From Paraspadella gotoi (lineage: Eukaryota; Animalia; Chaetognatha): DNA of 64,000 nt. The position numbers and the translations under genes were made by a program. Within the stretch, counting starts at the first letter, position 1, and each line of letters starts with the position of its first letter. The stretch covers positions 5,240,532 through 5,304,531 of the forward strand of contig JBJCIZ010000239.1 in assembly GCA_051294375.1 (NCBI GenBank), in the 5' to 3' direction. The notes under the pieces are model-generated. The model did no database searches. It saw nothing but the letters and a program-made list of their open reading frames with translations, and had not been told where the DNA came from. Of the stretch, positions 1 to 14,905 are shown one piece after another.

Positions 1-53
1 AATATAAAAAGGACGAAGAGAAAATGACAGAAAGAATAACAGAAAGAATTATA

Positions 54-170
<117 letters not shown>

Positions 171-339
171 AAATTCTCTTGACAAAAGATTTTACTGTTT
201 TTTTTTCTCCCCTTATCTCTTTTCTTTTAACTCACCCAAAATTTCCCTACTTTTTTGGTTTCAAGCGAAACACACGGCATCTGCCAAAAAAATAAATAAA
301 ACAAGCGAGGGAGAGGAAAAGGGATCATAATCTCATTTG

Positions 340-428
340 CATATTGCGGTCTTTTTCCTCCGATTTTTTTTTTAGCCCGAAGCCATCATAAATTCGGGCC
401 TTCCTCTCTCTCTGTCTCTGTCTCACTA

Positions 429-524
<96 letters not shown>

Positions 525-970
525 CGCTCATATTGGAAGACACTCATGATCCTCTTCCTCGGTTGGCTTTTTATTTTAGGATCAAGAGGAAATAGAGAGA
601 GAGANNNNNNNNNNNNNNNNNNNNNNNNNATATACATACTTCTTTTGGTTCATGGCCGACAAGGCATCTTATATATATTATATATCAATACATAGAGGAG
701 GATTATCTAGGCAATTAGTTGCGTCCTTTGTTCCTCCAGCTTTTTTTAGCTCCCGTAAGCCATCATAAATATCGTAGGTAGCTTCCTCTCTCTCTGTCTC
801 TTGTCTCAACTATCGCTCTCTCTCTCTCTCTGCTCACTGCTCTCTCTTCTCTCTCCGCAATTTCTCTCCTATCCGCTCCTCTGCCATATTGGAAGGACGA
901 CTCGTCGCTAATTCTTCATCGGATTTGGCTTTTATTCATTAGGATCAGAGGAGATAGAGCAGAGAGACGA
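340..970 (+). repeat. Noisy tandem duplicate across an N gap (~340-605 vs ~715-970)
   Basis: agccatcataaat...cttcctctctctctgtctc...ctatcgctctc and catattggaag...ttggctttta...aggatca occur twice; the second copy is insertion-rich. Confidence 0.8.
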
Positions 971-1859
971 GAGTGAGACAGAGAGGAGAGAGAGAGAGAC
1001 GGACCCGACTATCCGTGTCTTCCAAGGATTTATGTAGCTATAAAACTATTTTCGAGATGGGAGGGAATTGATTTATGTGTCGCTGGCGGCGGGGGGTAGA
1101 GAGACGACGAGTAGGAGAAGAAGAGCAGAGGAAGAGAGAGAGAGAGAGAAGAATTGGGAGCGGATAAGGAGCGAAACCAAAACAAAATGGTGTAGTTAAG
1201 GAGCGACAAAACAGCTTAAGAATGAGAAGAAGAGGAGCGGAAAATAGTGGAGCCGAAATTTTGGTTCGATTCTTTTTTTATTATCAATAATAGAACATAA
1301 AAAAATAGTAACAGTCACAATAAAAGTGTAAATAGATCGGAACAGATAAAAACTATACTGATAACATGAAAAATAACAAAATACACTACTAAGAGAAAAG
1401 ATGGAAAAAACGTGAGTTGCTCGCCAATATTTTAGAAGCAGGAGAAAGTTGGTTTCGGAATAAAGCACATTTCTTCATGAAGCAAAACAGGAATGTAAGA
1501 CTATGCTTTAATTGGTAACATATGCTATCGATAATCTATTAAAATAATACATTGTTTTTAATATTACAATCTTAACTGTATGCAAGACTGACTGTGCCAG
1601 AAAGGTGAAATGGAACATCATGCTACTATATGCAAATTAGATTTAAGTATGAATTCGTGAATCTTTTATTAACAGCGAAGTAGGGTTACGGGGGACAGAC
1701 GGTGAGGTTGAATCGGTTGGTGAAATTGAGTGGGAGTGGTTGAGTCGATGGGGGGGGGGGAAAGGTTAATAGAATCTCCCCAGGAGACGAAGTTGAATCA
1801 ACGACAAAAAGAGGATCCGTTTAAAAAATAAAACAAAAGGCTAAACGCCGACGATAAGG

Positions 1860-2140
1860 GAAGACGACGATGAAGACGACGATAAACGACGACGATGAAG
1901 ACGACGACGATGATGACGACGAGGATTACGAGAGACAACGAAGACGACGACAATGATGACGAAAGAAATGATGAAGACGATGAAGACGACGACGATGACG
2001 ACGATAAAGCTGGCGAAGGAAAAGATGACGACGACGACGACGACGAAAGCGCCTACGACTATGAAAGCCACAACAACGACACTGATGACAAAAACGACAA
2101 TGACGACGACAGGCAACGACGATGATGACGACAATGAAGT
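1860..2140. repeat. Degenerate (GAC/GAT)n trinucleotide tract
   Basis: Gives poly-D/T/S/V pseudo-ORFs in several frames; similar tracts at ~5608, ~17750 and ~42105. Confidence 0.9.
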
Positions 2141-2476
2141 CGTTAATCCAGAATTAAGGCTTTAGGACGGACCTTGACCAAAATGTTTAAACTGTTGTCT
2201 TTCGATAAATTATACTTATAAATTTGTTTTCTTTCGCTTAACAATTACTGTTTTGTAATATGGATGGCTGCATTAACACAAACTAGCCTATTCAAAGTTG
2301 GGGACAAGACAGTCTGTCAATTAAATACATAGATCATTTATTATCGTTATTAAAAATTTCATATTTTGTCTCTCGTCTCCTCAGTTATAATAAATAGATT
2401 GACGGGTCTGTTCCCAGACACTTACCCTTTTTCAATCGATTCCTCACCTCGGTTACTTCTCCTTCTTTCCCTCCAG

Positions 2477-2570
2477 AGCGAGATCTGCGCTGCTGCCCTC
2501 TCCGACCTCCTGCGCTGCGTCGTCGGCGGGACCGACGCTGCGCTCTTCTCCTACGGCTACGCCAATATGG
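2477..2570 (+). CDS. KIF26: Kinesin-11/KIF26-family motor domain, internal exon (first half of P-loop)
   Basis: ctccag|...|gtgagt boundaries; translates SEICAAALSDLLRCVVGGTDAALFSYGYANM-G, resembling the KIF26 segment [32 protein letters not shown] (recalled from family knowledge); phase 1 joins exon 35031 to give GYANMGKT. Confidence 0.85.
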
Positions 2571-3559
2571 GTGAGTTTAGTAAAAAAAAATGGCGCAATC
2601 GTTGCGTATTTATTTTCATATTTTTTTATTTATAATATATAATGTATTAATATATATTTTTCTTTATTTATGCGAACTACTGCTATATAAAGTTATTTTA
2701 AATAACACTTTAAATATTCTAAATTTTAATTATTAAAAATAAAAATTTACCGACGTCTACGATCCCTTTACTAAAAATGTCACTGAAGTGGCGCAGCAAG
2801 ATTAAACCAACTTACCGCCAACCGCAGAATGAACGGTTGAACTTTCATGTGCTCGAGTACTAAGTTCTTGGCCGCCGCGTAAAAAACTTTCGTAAAACAC
2901 GATCTTCTTAAATGTGGTTGTCTGGACTTTTATCTGTGATTCTTACTCTCGGCTCTCACCTCTTTTCCCTCTTTTTCTTTCTTTAAACAACCTAACAACA
3001 TGCAATACATACCGAATAAATATAAATATAGTTTCCAGTTTTAAAATCTTTCAAAATGCGAACGTGGTTTTTGTCTCTTATTTTCATCATGTTGTATGTC
3101 CTAAACTTTTTTTTTTTAATTCTTTCTTTTATTTTTTTCTAATCCCCCCAATCTTTTTTGTTCTTTTTATCATGTTAGTTTTCTTGCCTCTTTATATCCG
3201 GCGTCTCCTATTTCTAGGCGGCCTGCGACGCAGACAGAAACCAAAGGAACAATCAAAAGTGTTTATTTGAGTCATGACCGTAAAAACTAAGGGATCGTAC
3301 GGGGGGTAATCTCTTTCCGAAGTCTCGACAGACCGACGCCACACAGCCAGAGAGCAAGAGGAGAGAAGAGAGAGAGGAGAGAGAGAGGAGAGAGAGAGAC
3401 GAGGAGATGAGAGAGAGAGAAGAGAGGAGAGAGAGGAGAGTAATGATTCGGGTTCGTGTTAAACATTGAAAAGTGGAAAAATGGGAAGCTGAAAATAAAC
3501 AATGGAAAATGAAATTGATCACGGAAGAAATGGAGAGAGAGAGCAGACGAAGAGAGGAA

Positions 3560-3608
<49 letters not shown>

Positions 3609-5049
3609 CGAGACAAGAGAGAGAGAGAGGAGAGCCCGATACGGAGGGAGAAGAGACGAAAGAGAGATGAGAGAGAAAGAGAGAGAGGACGAGAGAGAAG
3701 AAGAGAGAGAGAGAAGAAGAGAAAGAGAGTTTTGTTTTTCACTACAGCACTCAAACCAATAAGCGTGAACAGCGACGTAGAAGGGAGAAAAAAAAAAGAA
3801 GAAAAAAAAAAGATTTAAAAAATCAGTTCGTCCGACAAAAAAAAACAACTTTTTTGGTTCCCTGAAATTTTAATAAATAATAAAATAAATAAAAAATAAA
3901 AGAAAAAGACGTCACTTTGTCTTCCCGCTGAGTTTTTTTGACTCTTTTGTTTGAGGGAATTTATTTTCCTCTATTCCGCGCCATCTCTCGGGAGAAAAAT
4001 AAAGGTTGTTTCTTTTTGTCTTTATTCCTTTCCTAAATTTACTCTTTCGTCTCTTCTAACTTACGGTTGATTCTGAGTCACATTATCATCTCACTGCTCG
4101 TCTCTCTACTGCTCTCTCTCTCCTCTCTCTCATCCTCTCTTACTCTGCTCTCCTACGCGTCTCTCTCGTCTCTCGTATCTCTCCCACGAACTGTCAGCAC
4201 GCTCTGAATAATGCCTAAAGACAGCCACGCCGGAGTTCATTTAACTAGTTTGCCTCCGACAACATATCTACAACCGTCGAGCGTGTTTATATACCAAATC
4301 CTCTCCTCTTTTTGATAAAAATAAACAAAAATAGTGAAGCAAAGAAGTATCTTTCATGCTTAAACTTCCTTCCTCTTTTGTGATGAGAGAGAGAGAGGGA
4401 GAAGTAGAGAAGAGAGAGGAAGAGAGATAGACGAGATGAGCAGTAGAGAGAAGACGAGATGAGTAGAGAGAGAGAGAGAGACAATCTTGAGAAACGGTTT
4501 GAAGTGGTGAAGGAATAACAGTAAAATTAAATTGCTTTGAGATTGGGTCAATTTAAAAAACGGTTTTTTTTTAAAGGGCTGGATGCAAGATTTTCAATGA
4601 TATAGTATATGCGGCGCTAGGGAGGCCCATTCTCTCTCTCTTTCCTTTTCTTTTCCTTTCCTTCCTCAATTCTTTTCTTTTCTTTACTCCCTTTTTAACT
4701 TTCCTTTCTATCCTTTTTCTCTTTTTTCTTTCTTTTTCTTTCCTATTCTTACCTTTCCTCCATTTTCCTTATTTTTCTTTTCTTTTCCCCCATTTTTCCT
4801 CCCTCACCCGTCCCCCTTCTTCTTATCTCAAAACGAACTTCACCGAATATTGAAAAAGAACAATGAATAACGCAAAGTTTTTTTTTTTTTCTCCCAACTC
4901 TTTTATGCAAATCCTATTCCTTTCCTCCTTTTTCCTTTTGACGAATTTCGATCGCTGTTCTTTTGTTCGAGAAGAGAGAAAATAAATTCCTCCTTTTTTT
5001 TATCTTCGACGAAAAGAGAAAAAAAAAATCTAATGGAGGAATGAGCGAC

Positions 5050-5130
5050 TGTCGGCTTTGTCGGCTTTGTCGGCTTTGTCGGCTTTGTCGGCTTTGTCGG
5101 CTTTGTCGGCTTTGTCGGCCTTGTCGGTTA
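5050..5130 (+). repeat. 9-bp tandem repeat (TGTCGGCTT) x ~9
   Basis: Near-perfect array; source of the CRLCRL pseudo-ORF. Confidence 0.95.
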
Positions 5131-5606
5131 TGGCGGAGCGGCGGCTTCGTCGGTCGGTCAGCGATTCATTTTCAATTGCAAATGTTCGCGTTTAACTAAT
5201 GAATTTTGCCATCAAGTTATTTTGTTTGTTAAGTCAGTTAAGTATTTTCTACTCGTTCCACCGTTTGTAATAATTTTAATCCGCTCAATGACGAATCTAA
5301 AAAAATCATTTACATTTTATATGAAAATCATTAATATGATGTAATAAAAATAGAAATTGTAACCATAAGTTAGAATTTAGGAACTTAAACGAATCGACTC
5401 TCTCTCTATCCCACTTTTTTCCTCGGATAATTTCTTCTCATCTCTCCCCCTCCCCCCCTATCACTGCATCCCTCACCAAAAAATCACTTACTCTCACTCA
5501 CTCCGTCTCACCCAAATTCATCTCGATTCATCTCTTCTCCGTGAATTATGTGACGCGAATGTGAGTTTCGCCGAATGTAAGGCGATCGTTGCCGAGGTTT
5601 ATCACT

Positions 5607-5643
<37 letters not shown>

Positions 5644-6184
5644 GCCCCATCTTTGTTGTTGTCGTTGTCCATATTATGACCCAATAAATTTTCGCGAGTG
5701 TATTAGGAGCAAATCTTAATTTCGACCAGAAATGAAAACAAAACAAATTTAGGGTAAGATTGATTGATTGATTGAATGAGGGCTTGGCTCAGGTTCAACC
5801 CGTCTACTACGTATAAACATTGACATATACAATAGCAACTACGGACGAAGCGTCTATTAATCATATCCATGCATATATCAGAGTTTAAATAACAATAAAA
5901 GTAAGTTTGTTTCGTATTAAATAGAATTTACTTTAGTTATTCTCTCTTTGAATAATAAAAAATTAATATTCGGTATTAAATAAAAAAAATGCATGTAAAT
6001 GAGCCGCGTTGAAATAACTAAAACGTTTCTTTGTTCTATCTGAATAAAAATAATTTTGATTTTTTCAAACAAAAACGTTTTGAAAAATCTGACATTGAAT
6101 GGTTCGCCGAGGCAGAAAGACTCCTTGACAAAAACATTTTGAAAGATTCATTATTTCGTACGTTGAACGAGCTCTCGCTATGGT

Positions 6185-6241
<57 letters not shown>

Positions 6242-9200
6242 CTTCTCTCTCTCTCTCAATTCACAGAATAAAATTTTTTCCACATTAACCAACCGAAAAT
6301 CCGGGAGATGTTTTACGAGATTTCTCCCTCGACCTTTGTTTTAGAACTCCATAATTCCCCCTTGCTTTGCTTTGTCTTCTTTCTTTCTTTCTTTTTTCTT
6401 TCTTTTCTTTCTTTCTTTCTTCTTTCTTTCTTTCTTTCTTTCCTTTTTTCATTTTTCTTAATATCTTCATATCTTTGGGTATTCGTTTCTCTGTTCCTTA
6501 CTTTCTTTTGTTTCTTTCTTTCTTTCTTTCTTTCTTTTCTTCTTTTCTTTCTTTCTTTCTTTCTTCTTTCTATGCTTCTCCCTATTTTTTCTTCTATTTT
6601 TCTTTTCTTTCCTTTTCTTCTTTATCTTTTCTTATTTTTTCTTTCTTCTTCTCATTTTTTTTCTTCTTTATATTTCCTCCTTTCTTCTTTCTCCTTCCTT
6701 CGCTTTTTATCCCCTTTTTTCTGCTGAGTCTAAATTTTGCTCCCGGGGTCAGTTTCTGTCGTTGCCCGCGATCTCCTCGTGATTGGATAGCTGAGGGTTA
6801 AGTTTAAGCATCACCCCATTGGTGAGGTCGCCGCGCAGGGCGCACTTAAAACCTTTAGTAAGCACTTCCACATTGTTTACTTTTAATTTTGTTTGACTTT
6901 CTCCGCGCGAAACCAAAAAAAACCTCAAAACTATCAAAAGGGAAACAACGACATCATAACCCCCTAAAAAATGTTCCGTCTTCTTTCAGTCCGTTCAGCA
7001 TCTTTCCTCTGTCCGTACATCCGTCCGTCCAAATAACCCATCAACTTGTTCCATGCAAATCGTTAATTTCTCTGCGAATCGATATGCGGGTTTTCGCTTC
7101 TTCCTTAAGCACTCCTCAAAAAAATTAACAATCGGCCATCATTGACCCAAAAAAAAAAAAGATTAACTCTTTTGTATGAGTCTAAAACAGTTTTTTCTAA
7201 CGGAATTTCCTATTTTCTCTCTACCTATTTGTTTGTTTATTTTCTTTAAAATCCTGTTCCAAAAAAATATGACGATTTGTCTTTTGCATTTATAATAGCT
7301 AGCGACTTTGTATTTTTTTCTAAATGACGAATTTTCGCCTTGAGCTCCTGACGAAATCGCAAAGGATTTTTCGCTTGGGAATTGGAGAGACCAGGAAATA
7401 AAAAAAAAACCGCGTAAAGAAAAAAAAAAAAATAAGAAAAAACCCAAATAAAAAATTTGGTGAGATGTTAGTGAAGAAGTATTCATCGTCCCTTTACGAT
7501 TATGAGGCGGACACGGAAACGACGATTGGCTGGAAAGGACGATCCGTCCGGATCTTTCTTCCAATTACGGAATAGCGTCGGAGAGAAGATTGAAAAAATA
7601 TAACTCCTGGATTAGTTGAGTTTTGGGGAAAGTATGTTTCACAAAATCACTAAAGTTAAAATGCGACGGGACCGGTTTTATATTTTCCATTTGTAAGAAA
7701 AAACAACATGCAGAATCATTTGATAAAAAATTCGTCACAATCTTGTTTTCGCGTTTAGCCGCAATGTCGCTACGCCCCCTTTCGCTCGTTTCGCTTTTTA
7801 CCTAAAGATGGCCGGCGGGATCGCCGTTAGAGAATGCTCGGCGTTATATCTGGACGGAGAAAACAAAATTACGTTGCCGGAAATGACATCAGCTTTCGGA
7901 TCCGAGGCTTTAAAAATCCCGTAACGGGAAATAAAGATATGACTTATTTTTTTTTCTTTCTTATTTGTCTTTTCTTGTCTTTTCTTCTTTCTTTCTTTTC
8001 TTTCTTTCTTTTCTCTTTCTTTCTTTCTTTCTTCTTTCTTTTTTTTTAACTTTTCTTATCTTCAAAGAAAATATAAAACTGTTGTTCCTAAAATCGAACG
8101 ACCCATTGTCTGCACTGACAGACGATGAAGAGATAAAGCGATGACCTGATAAAATATCATGCATCATATCGGTAACTTTTGGAATACAAAGAACATATTT
8201 TATTTTACAAACAACTTAGTATCCAATTTTCGACCAATGTAAAAGTCCGGGTTCGAGGTTTTGAACTTCCCCAGTTTTAACTTCTAGGTCAAAATAATAC
8301 TTTCTCTACAACGAGGAGTTTATTTTTGTTTTGAATTTGACAACCCTTTTCAGCTTTTGGATCCCTTATCTTCAAAAAAAATGATGACGGACGAAGATTT
8401 TAAGGCCAGAGGGAGAAAAGGATGGGTGGGGGTGTTTACCGACTTACCGGACAACCCCCCCCCCTCAACCTTTTCGTTCTTTCGTTTCGAGTTCATGATT
8501 CTCCCGCGTTTGTTTACCGGCTCGTGGAAAAAAAAACGAAAATTGGGGGCATAGGAATGACCAAATATTGAGAGGTCCGATGGATGACCCAAATTGAGCA
8601 TTAGGAATGTCCGGTTTTTAACGGTGGCGAGGCGTCGACAAAAAGGTTTGACCTTTCTTGAGTGTGAGAGGGGGGGGTTGAAAAAGAGGTGGAGAGAGGA
8701 GAGAGATGAGAGGAGGAGAGAGGGAGAGAGGGACGAGAGAGATGAGAGAGAGACGAGGAGAGAGAGAGAGAGAGAGAGATGAGAGAGAGAAATGATGAGA
8801 ACGCATTTGTTTTGCTTTGTGATGATGGTGGAAAAGAGGGAGGGATCTGGAGAGAGAGAGAGGAGAATGAGAGAGAGAGATGAGAGAGAAGAAGATGATG
8901 CCGAGATGCGAGAGGAGAGGTATGACTAGAAGAAGAGTAGAGAGAGAGAGAGAGAGAGAGGAGTATGGTGCGAGGAAGAACCACTCGTGGCAACTGCTTC
9001 CTTGAGTTTTCATCTATTATAAAAAAAACAAAAGAAATTCTGGTCAAAATTACTATGAAAGGAGGTTAGGAGACGATGAGACCAGACGAGGAGGAGATGG
9101 AGAGAGAGAGAGAGAGAGGAGAGGGAGAGAGTGGATGATTGAGGAGAAAGACGTGATCCGGCAGAGGAGAGATGAGAAGAGAGAGAGCCGGATAGTGTAG

Positions 9201-10162
9201 AGAGAGACAAAGACCCAGGGACAGATTAGGACAGATACAGAGAGGACAGACAAAGGATTGTGGGTGAGATTTCCTCTAAAATCGGTTTAGAGATATATGG
9301 AAACAAAGATGGCCGGAATTTCGGCGATGCTTAGCGCGATCGCTTTTAATACCGAAAAAGCGGTTGAATATTGAAAGCGAGATTCTCTTTTAACGAAAAT
9401 ATAATTTCGGAATATGCGTNNNNNNNNNNNNNNNNNNNNNNNNNNNNNNNNNNNNNNNNNNNNNNNNNNNNNNNNNNNNNNNNNNNNNNNNNNNNNNNNN
9501 NNNNNNNNNNNNNNNNNNNAATAAAAGGAGGATAGTACCTTCGGTTAAAAAAACCAATCAGTAATAAAGGAGATATCTAATTTAATAAAATAAGTATTAA
9601 TATCGGGAATAATAAATTTATTATGTACTGTATGGAAAATTATACTAGGAGCTCGGCATCCAAAAAATATCAGGGAAGCGCCTCCCTAAACTCCTGACCC
9701 AAAGATTTCTCAATTTTGGAGCAATCAAACGGGAAAAGCCCCGGGCGCCTTGGGAAACTACGACGGCCGGGGCGAGTCTCCCAATTCCCGGCGCCCTCTG
9801 AGGGCGTTCCTGGCGCCTTTCTATACCCGGGTTGGTCCTAAAGGGGCGGCCTGGTTTCGCCGGCGCGGGTCCTGTCCGTGGAAAAGAAGAACATAGAGAA
9901 AAACGGACGTCCGGTAACCGAAGAGGAAAGATGGAGGAGAGAGAGATGAGAAGAGGAGAGAGAGAGAGAGGAGGAGAGAGAGAGAGAGATGGGAGAGAGA
10001 GAGAGAGAGAGACGAGACTATCAAACGGTCCCGGAGTCCATAACTCCAAAAGGGCGAAAACCCCCATAACGGAATTACCAAGTAAATTGAAACCGGAGTC
10101 ATCCAGGAGCAGGTTTGGGGGCCGGGGAACGAACCGAAAGGAAAAGAGAGAGAGGAGAGAGT

Positions 10163-10197
<35 letters not shown>

Positions 10198-11279
10198 GGA
10201 GAAAGAGAGAAGAGAAGAGGAGGAAGGAGAGAGAGAGAGAGAGAGAGAGGAGAAAGAGAGAGGCGGAGCGGTCGGGGAAAGAAAAAAAAAGAGAAAAGAG
10301 GAATAGGAAATTGGAACAACCGCACTGGTTGGCGAATTTGGGAAGGATTTAAAAAGCATGGTGGCTGATGGTTGGAAGAAGATATAGGTACAGAATAGTG
10401 CTCAAAAGTAAAATTACAATCTCCTATCTCCATTTACCCCGTATTTATTTATAATTACCTCATTTTACTAAACGAACTATGTTAGTTTGGGATTGGAGGT
10501 GTTTTGGTTAGGGGAACAATAAAATTAAAATATTTCATAGTTTGAGGAAGATCAAACCAACAAAATAATATAACATAATATTAAATATAATACGAAAAAT
10601 AACTAGCCAGAATAAATAAAAAAAAGAACTAATAGGGTAATTGAGAATACATATACATGAAAAGAGCGCATTGCGGGGTTGACATGAAAATAAATGGAGA
10701 TCGCTGGGTGATTCCCGGGTCTCGGTGAAGACAGAATGCGATAATCGTTGAAAAGTGAGGGAATTCTTTCCGCCAACGATGTCCGCCCGTTAATATCAAG
10801 GTTTTCACTTTCAAGAATACTCTCTCTCTCTTCTCTCTCTCTCTCTCTCTCTCGTCTCCCTCTCTCTGCTCTCTCTCTCTCTCTCTCTAAACATTTCTAT
10901 TTTGTTCTTTAAGTTTTATGGTTTTAATGATCCGGGCACGTTTCTTATAGACTGAAAAAAAGTTAATTAGTTTAAAATCTTTGGATTGGCAGAGTTGGGG
11001 TCGATTTAGAGGGTTGATTTTATTGGATTGGTAGGATTTGATAAGTGATTGATTGCTTGCAAAAGGTTATCGAGTGGATGGTTTTGTTCATATTGGGTAA
11101 GTGATAATTTTAGTATTTTTTCTGATCACTTCGTATCAATTTAAATATTAAATATACTTTCTTGGTCCTTATAACTTTAATTAAATTTTTCCGCCCGCTT
11201 TTTTCCGTTTGGTTTCTTTTTTTAATCTTTAGTCTTTCTTATCATTTCTTTCTAATCTTTTTTCTTAAACTTTCTTTCT

Positions 11280-11319
<40 letters not shown>

Positions 11320-11851
11320 TCCTTTCTTTCTTTTTTTTTCTTTTCTTTTTTGTCTATCTTCTTTTTTTCTTTGTCAAGCAAAGTTTTTTTTTTCTTTTTC
11401 TCCATGACGCATACCTTATACTCTTTCTCTCTCCTAATTCCTTTCAATTCTTTCATTCCTCCCTCTCTCTCTCTTCATCCTCTCTCTCTCTCTCTCATCT
11501 CTTCTCTCTACTCTCTCTCTCTCCTTCCTCTCTTCCTTCCCTCACTCCATACAGCGATTCTCACTCTTGCACGCGACCGACATCGGCCGACAAAAACTGA
11601 TCAACGGAACGAATGTTACTTGCAACTGTCGGCAAAGGCGAACAAGACGACTGGAGGGGAAGGAGGAGGAGGAGGAGGAGGAGGAGAGGGCTAGGAAGAT
11701 GATAAAAAGGGAGGAGAAAGATGATTTTCAGTGAGGGGGAGGGTATATTGAAATTGAGAGAGAAAGACGGATGGATGAGAGAACGAGAGGGGGAGAGAGA
11801 GATAGGGGGAAAGAGAGAGAGAGAGAGAGAGAGAACAGAGAGAGAGGAGAA

Positions 11852-11919
<68 letters not shown>

Positions 11920-11922
11920 GGA

Positions 11923-11957
<35 letters not shown>

Positions 11958-12926
11958 AGAAGAGGAGGGAGGAAAGGGAGGAGAGACATAAATGCCAGAG
12001 AAAGAGAAGGGTCAAGGCGGAAGTCCGAAGCTTTTTTTACCCGATTTTTAAAGAGTTAAAAAAGTCGGGCGCCTCGAATTGGGAGAAGGGGCGTCCGGGC
12101 AAGTGAGGAGAGAAAATGGGGGCCCGGGAATTGGGGGGGCGCCGTCTCCGTGGGAGGGCGCGCGGGAGAATTGGGGCGCCGGCTTTGGCGAATCAAGGGC
12201 GCCCAATGAGAGAAAAGCGGCACCCAGGCAAAAATAGTAATTACATGGCTAAGTTCCGAGTCCTTCCCTTCTATTCTGAGACGGGTTTAAATTCGGGATC
12301 CTTTGGGAATTGAAGGGAAGAGTTAGTCTATTGTCCTTTTGTTCTTTTGATCTTTTAGTCTATTTTGTCTTTTTTGTTTTTTTATGGTATTTGGGTCTTA
12401 TTGTCTTATATTTTTTTTGTTTTAGTTTCTTATTTGTCTTATTTTATTTTTGTCCTTATTGGTATATTTTATCTTCTCTTATGTTATGTTTGTCTTATAT
12501 GTCCTTATATTCTTTTTTGTCTTATTTTCTTTCTTTTTGTATTTTTGTCTTTTTTGGTCTTCTGTCTCTTTTACTTTTTGTCTTTTTGTCTTTTTGTCTT
12601 TTTGGGTTATTTGTTACTGTAAAGGTTCTTCTAGATCCTTGTAATCCAAAGAGATCAGCCGGGAAAAAACTTTAAAACAGGGAAAAAATATTAATTATTT
12701 AAACTTTTTTCCTTAACAAACAACGGACATGTTTCCGGAAACAATGTCTAATTTTAGAACTAATAAAATATGTTTGTTAGAAAATTGAAGAAACGTATTC
12801 ATTCTAAACTAAACGCAGACGAAATGGAAGTCATTTTCTATCATTCAGAAAACATTATGAAACTCAAAAAAAATAATCACACACGCGAGGTTCTCGGTTA
12901 GTTTTTCTCCCGCCGAGAAAAACAAC

Positions 12927-12962
<36 letters not shown>

Positions 12963-13694
12963 CTCTCCTCTCTCGTTCATCACCCTCATCACTTACTCCT
13001 TCTCGCCCGTCTTGTCCAGCTCAGTGGTCTCCAGTCTCATGCGTCGCCTCTGCCCTCAGCCCAACCCCAGTCTCTCATCCGCCCACCCTCCTCTTTCTCT
13101 TCTCTCTCTCCATCGTCCCTCTCGCTCCGTTCTGCTCCTGCTCACACATCTCCTCTCTCTCTCTCTCTCCTTCTCTCTCCTCTCCTCTCCTCTCTCGTAT
13201 CTGCCGGTCTTTCTCCTCTTCTCATCTCAGAGGACTTTCAGTCTACTCTCTCTCTCTCACCAATTTAACGGTCGGGTAATTCCTCTGTATGCCCGTAAAA
13301 AAACGGAACAAAAAAAATACGAAAAACGAAATAAAAAGGTATGATCGGGTAAAAAAAACTAAAAATAAGGAAGCTAATTAGACGAAAAGGAAAGAAAAAA
13401 CCCTAAATATTTTCGTCTCCTCAAAATCAAATAAGGCTCTCTACTCTCGTCTCTCTCTCCTCCTTCTCTTCCTCTCTCTCCATCCCTCTCTCTCCTCTCT
13501 CTCTCTCGCCTCTTCTCTCTCTCCTCTCCCCCCTCTCTCTCTCTCTGTCTCGTCTCTCTCTCTGCCACACAACACACAAACGGCTGTTTTGCATATTAAT
13601 TATTGTCGTAAATTTCCAGGACTCAATCGCAATTTCGGAGTTTTTGGGGTTCTTATGAAATAGTGCAGAGGAGGGAATGATCTTTTGCGGGGGA

Positions 13695-14116
13695 ATAAGT
13701 GTCGGGCAAAAGTTGGGTCGGCATAATATGGTCCGAAGTTTTGTCGGGGCAAATACCGATCGGCAAAATGCAGTCGTCGGTGTCTACAAAAGTGACGGGC
13801 AAAAACCATTGTCCGCGGTGTCGCATGATGGTCGGGCCAAAAGGGATTGGGACAAAAGTTAGTTGACAAGTGAGTGTGAACAAAAAGAGTTGGGCAATGG
13901 AAATGTCGTCAAAAAAAAGTGGTCGGGTAAAGCCCAGTGGTCCAGCAAAGTGTGTCGGGCAAAGAGTGTTTTCAAAAAGGAGTGTCGGAAAAGGAGTCTC
14001 GGCAAAAATGTTGGTGTGTTGGCGTGGGGGCAAAAACAGTGAGGCAGAAAAAGTGTCGGTAGCCGGTCGGGCCAAAAAATGTCGGCCTAATGAAGTAGTC
14101 ATGGTGTCGGCAAAAA
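13695..14116 (+). repeat. Degenerate array of GTCGG(G)CAAAA motifs
   Basis: More than ten recurrences of (t)gtcgg(g)caaa-like cores at roughly 20-40 bp spacing; possibly the interior of a non-autonomous DNA element. Confidence 0.75.
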
Positions 14117-14824
14117 TTTTAAAGTAAAGAAGAAACAACCGGTAATCTCATTGTCATAAACTATGAAATATTTAGACAATTGAACAAATATTTAATTATA
14201 TTTAACGACCACGAACCCCGGCTATTGAACATTAGACAAGGCTACAAGGTAACTGGAGGTTTTTCCTCAGCTGCTTATCAAAGCAAAAATGTCAAGTCTG
14301 TCCCATTACATCGAATTCCTGGTTCCCGACTATCCGATCATCCTGCCGTCCGGGTTCGGGCGTCGGATTTCGTTCGTAATTCGGCGCCGATTTTTTCCCG
14401 GCAAAAATCGACGAGGAACGGACACGCCATGCTCCTCGCGGCGCTAATCGGGTGTCTCTCTCTCTCTCTCGGATCATCTCTCTCCGTCTCTCTCTCTCTG
14501 TATCTTCCTTCTCCTCTCATCTATTCATCCCTTTCATTACATCTCTTCTCTCTCTCGTCTCATCTCTCTCTCATATGAATAGGAATGGTCGATTTACCCC
14601 TTCGCGATTCTTCGATCAACGGATCAGTTGATGCCTTACCTAATCACGTGACTACCGGGTTTTCCGTCTCGTCTCTGAAATTGGTGTCTCTAATCTCTGT
14701 TCTCTGTTATCGTGTCTCTGTCTTTCTCTGCAGCAAACTTTGTTATTTGTTTTCGCGGCGACGATTCTCTGGTTAAATGTTTTCCGTTGGCGAATGCGTT
14801 TCAAAGAGAGAGAGAGTAGAGAGA

Positions 14825-14867
<43 letters not shown>

Positions 14868-14868
14868 G

Positions 14869-14905
<37 letters not shown>

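Noticed and set aside
1841-2165. Poly-Asp / poly-Thr / poly-Val ORFs
   Set aside because: One (GAC)n tract open in several frames, with no exon boundaries.
4963-5199. Cys-rich CRLCRL ORF resembling a metallothionein or protamine
   Set aside because: Simply the 9-bp tandem repeat.
13600-14138. CRISPR-like repeat/spacer appearance and overlapping ORFs
   Set aside because: Core too short and degenerate, irregular spacing, no cas genes, eukaryotic context.
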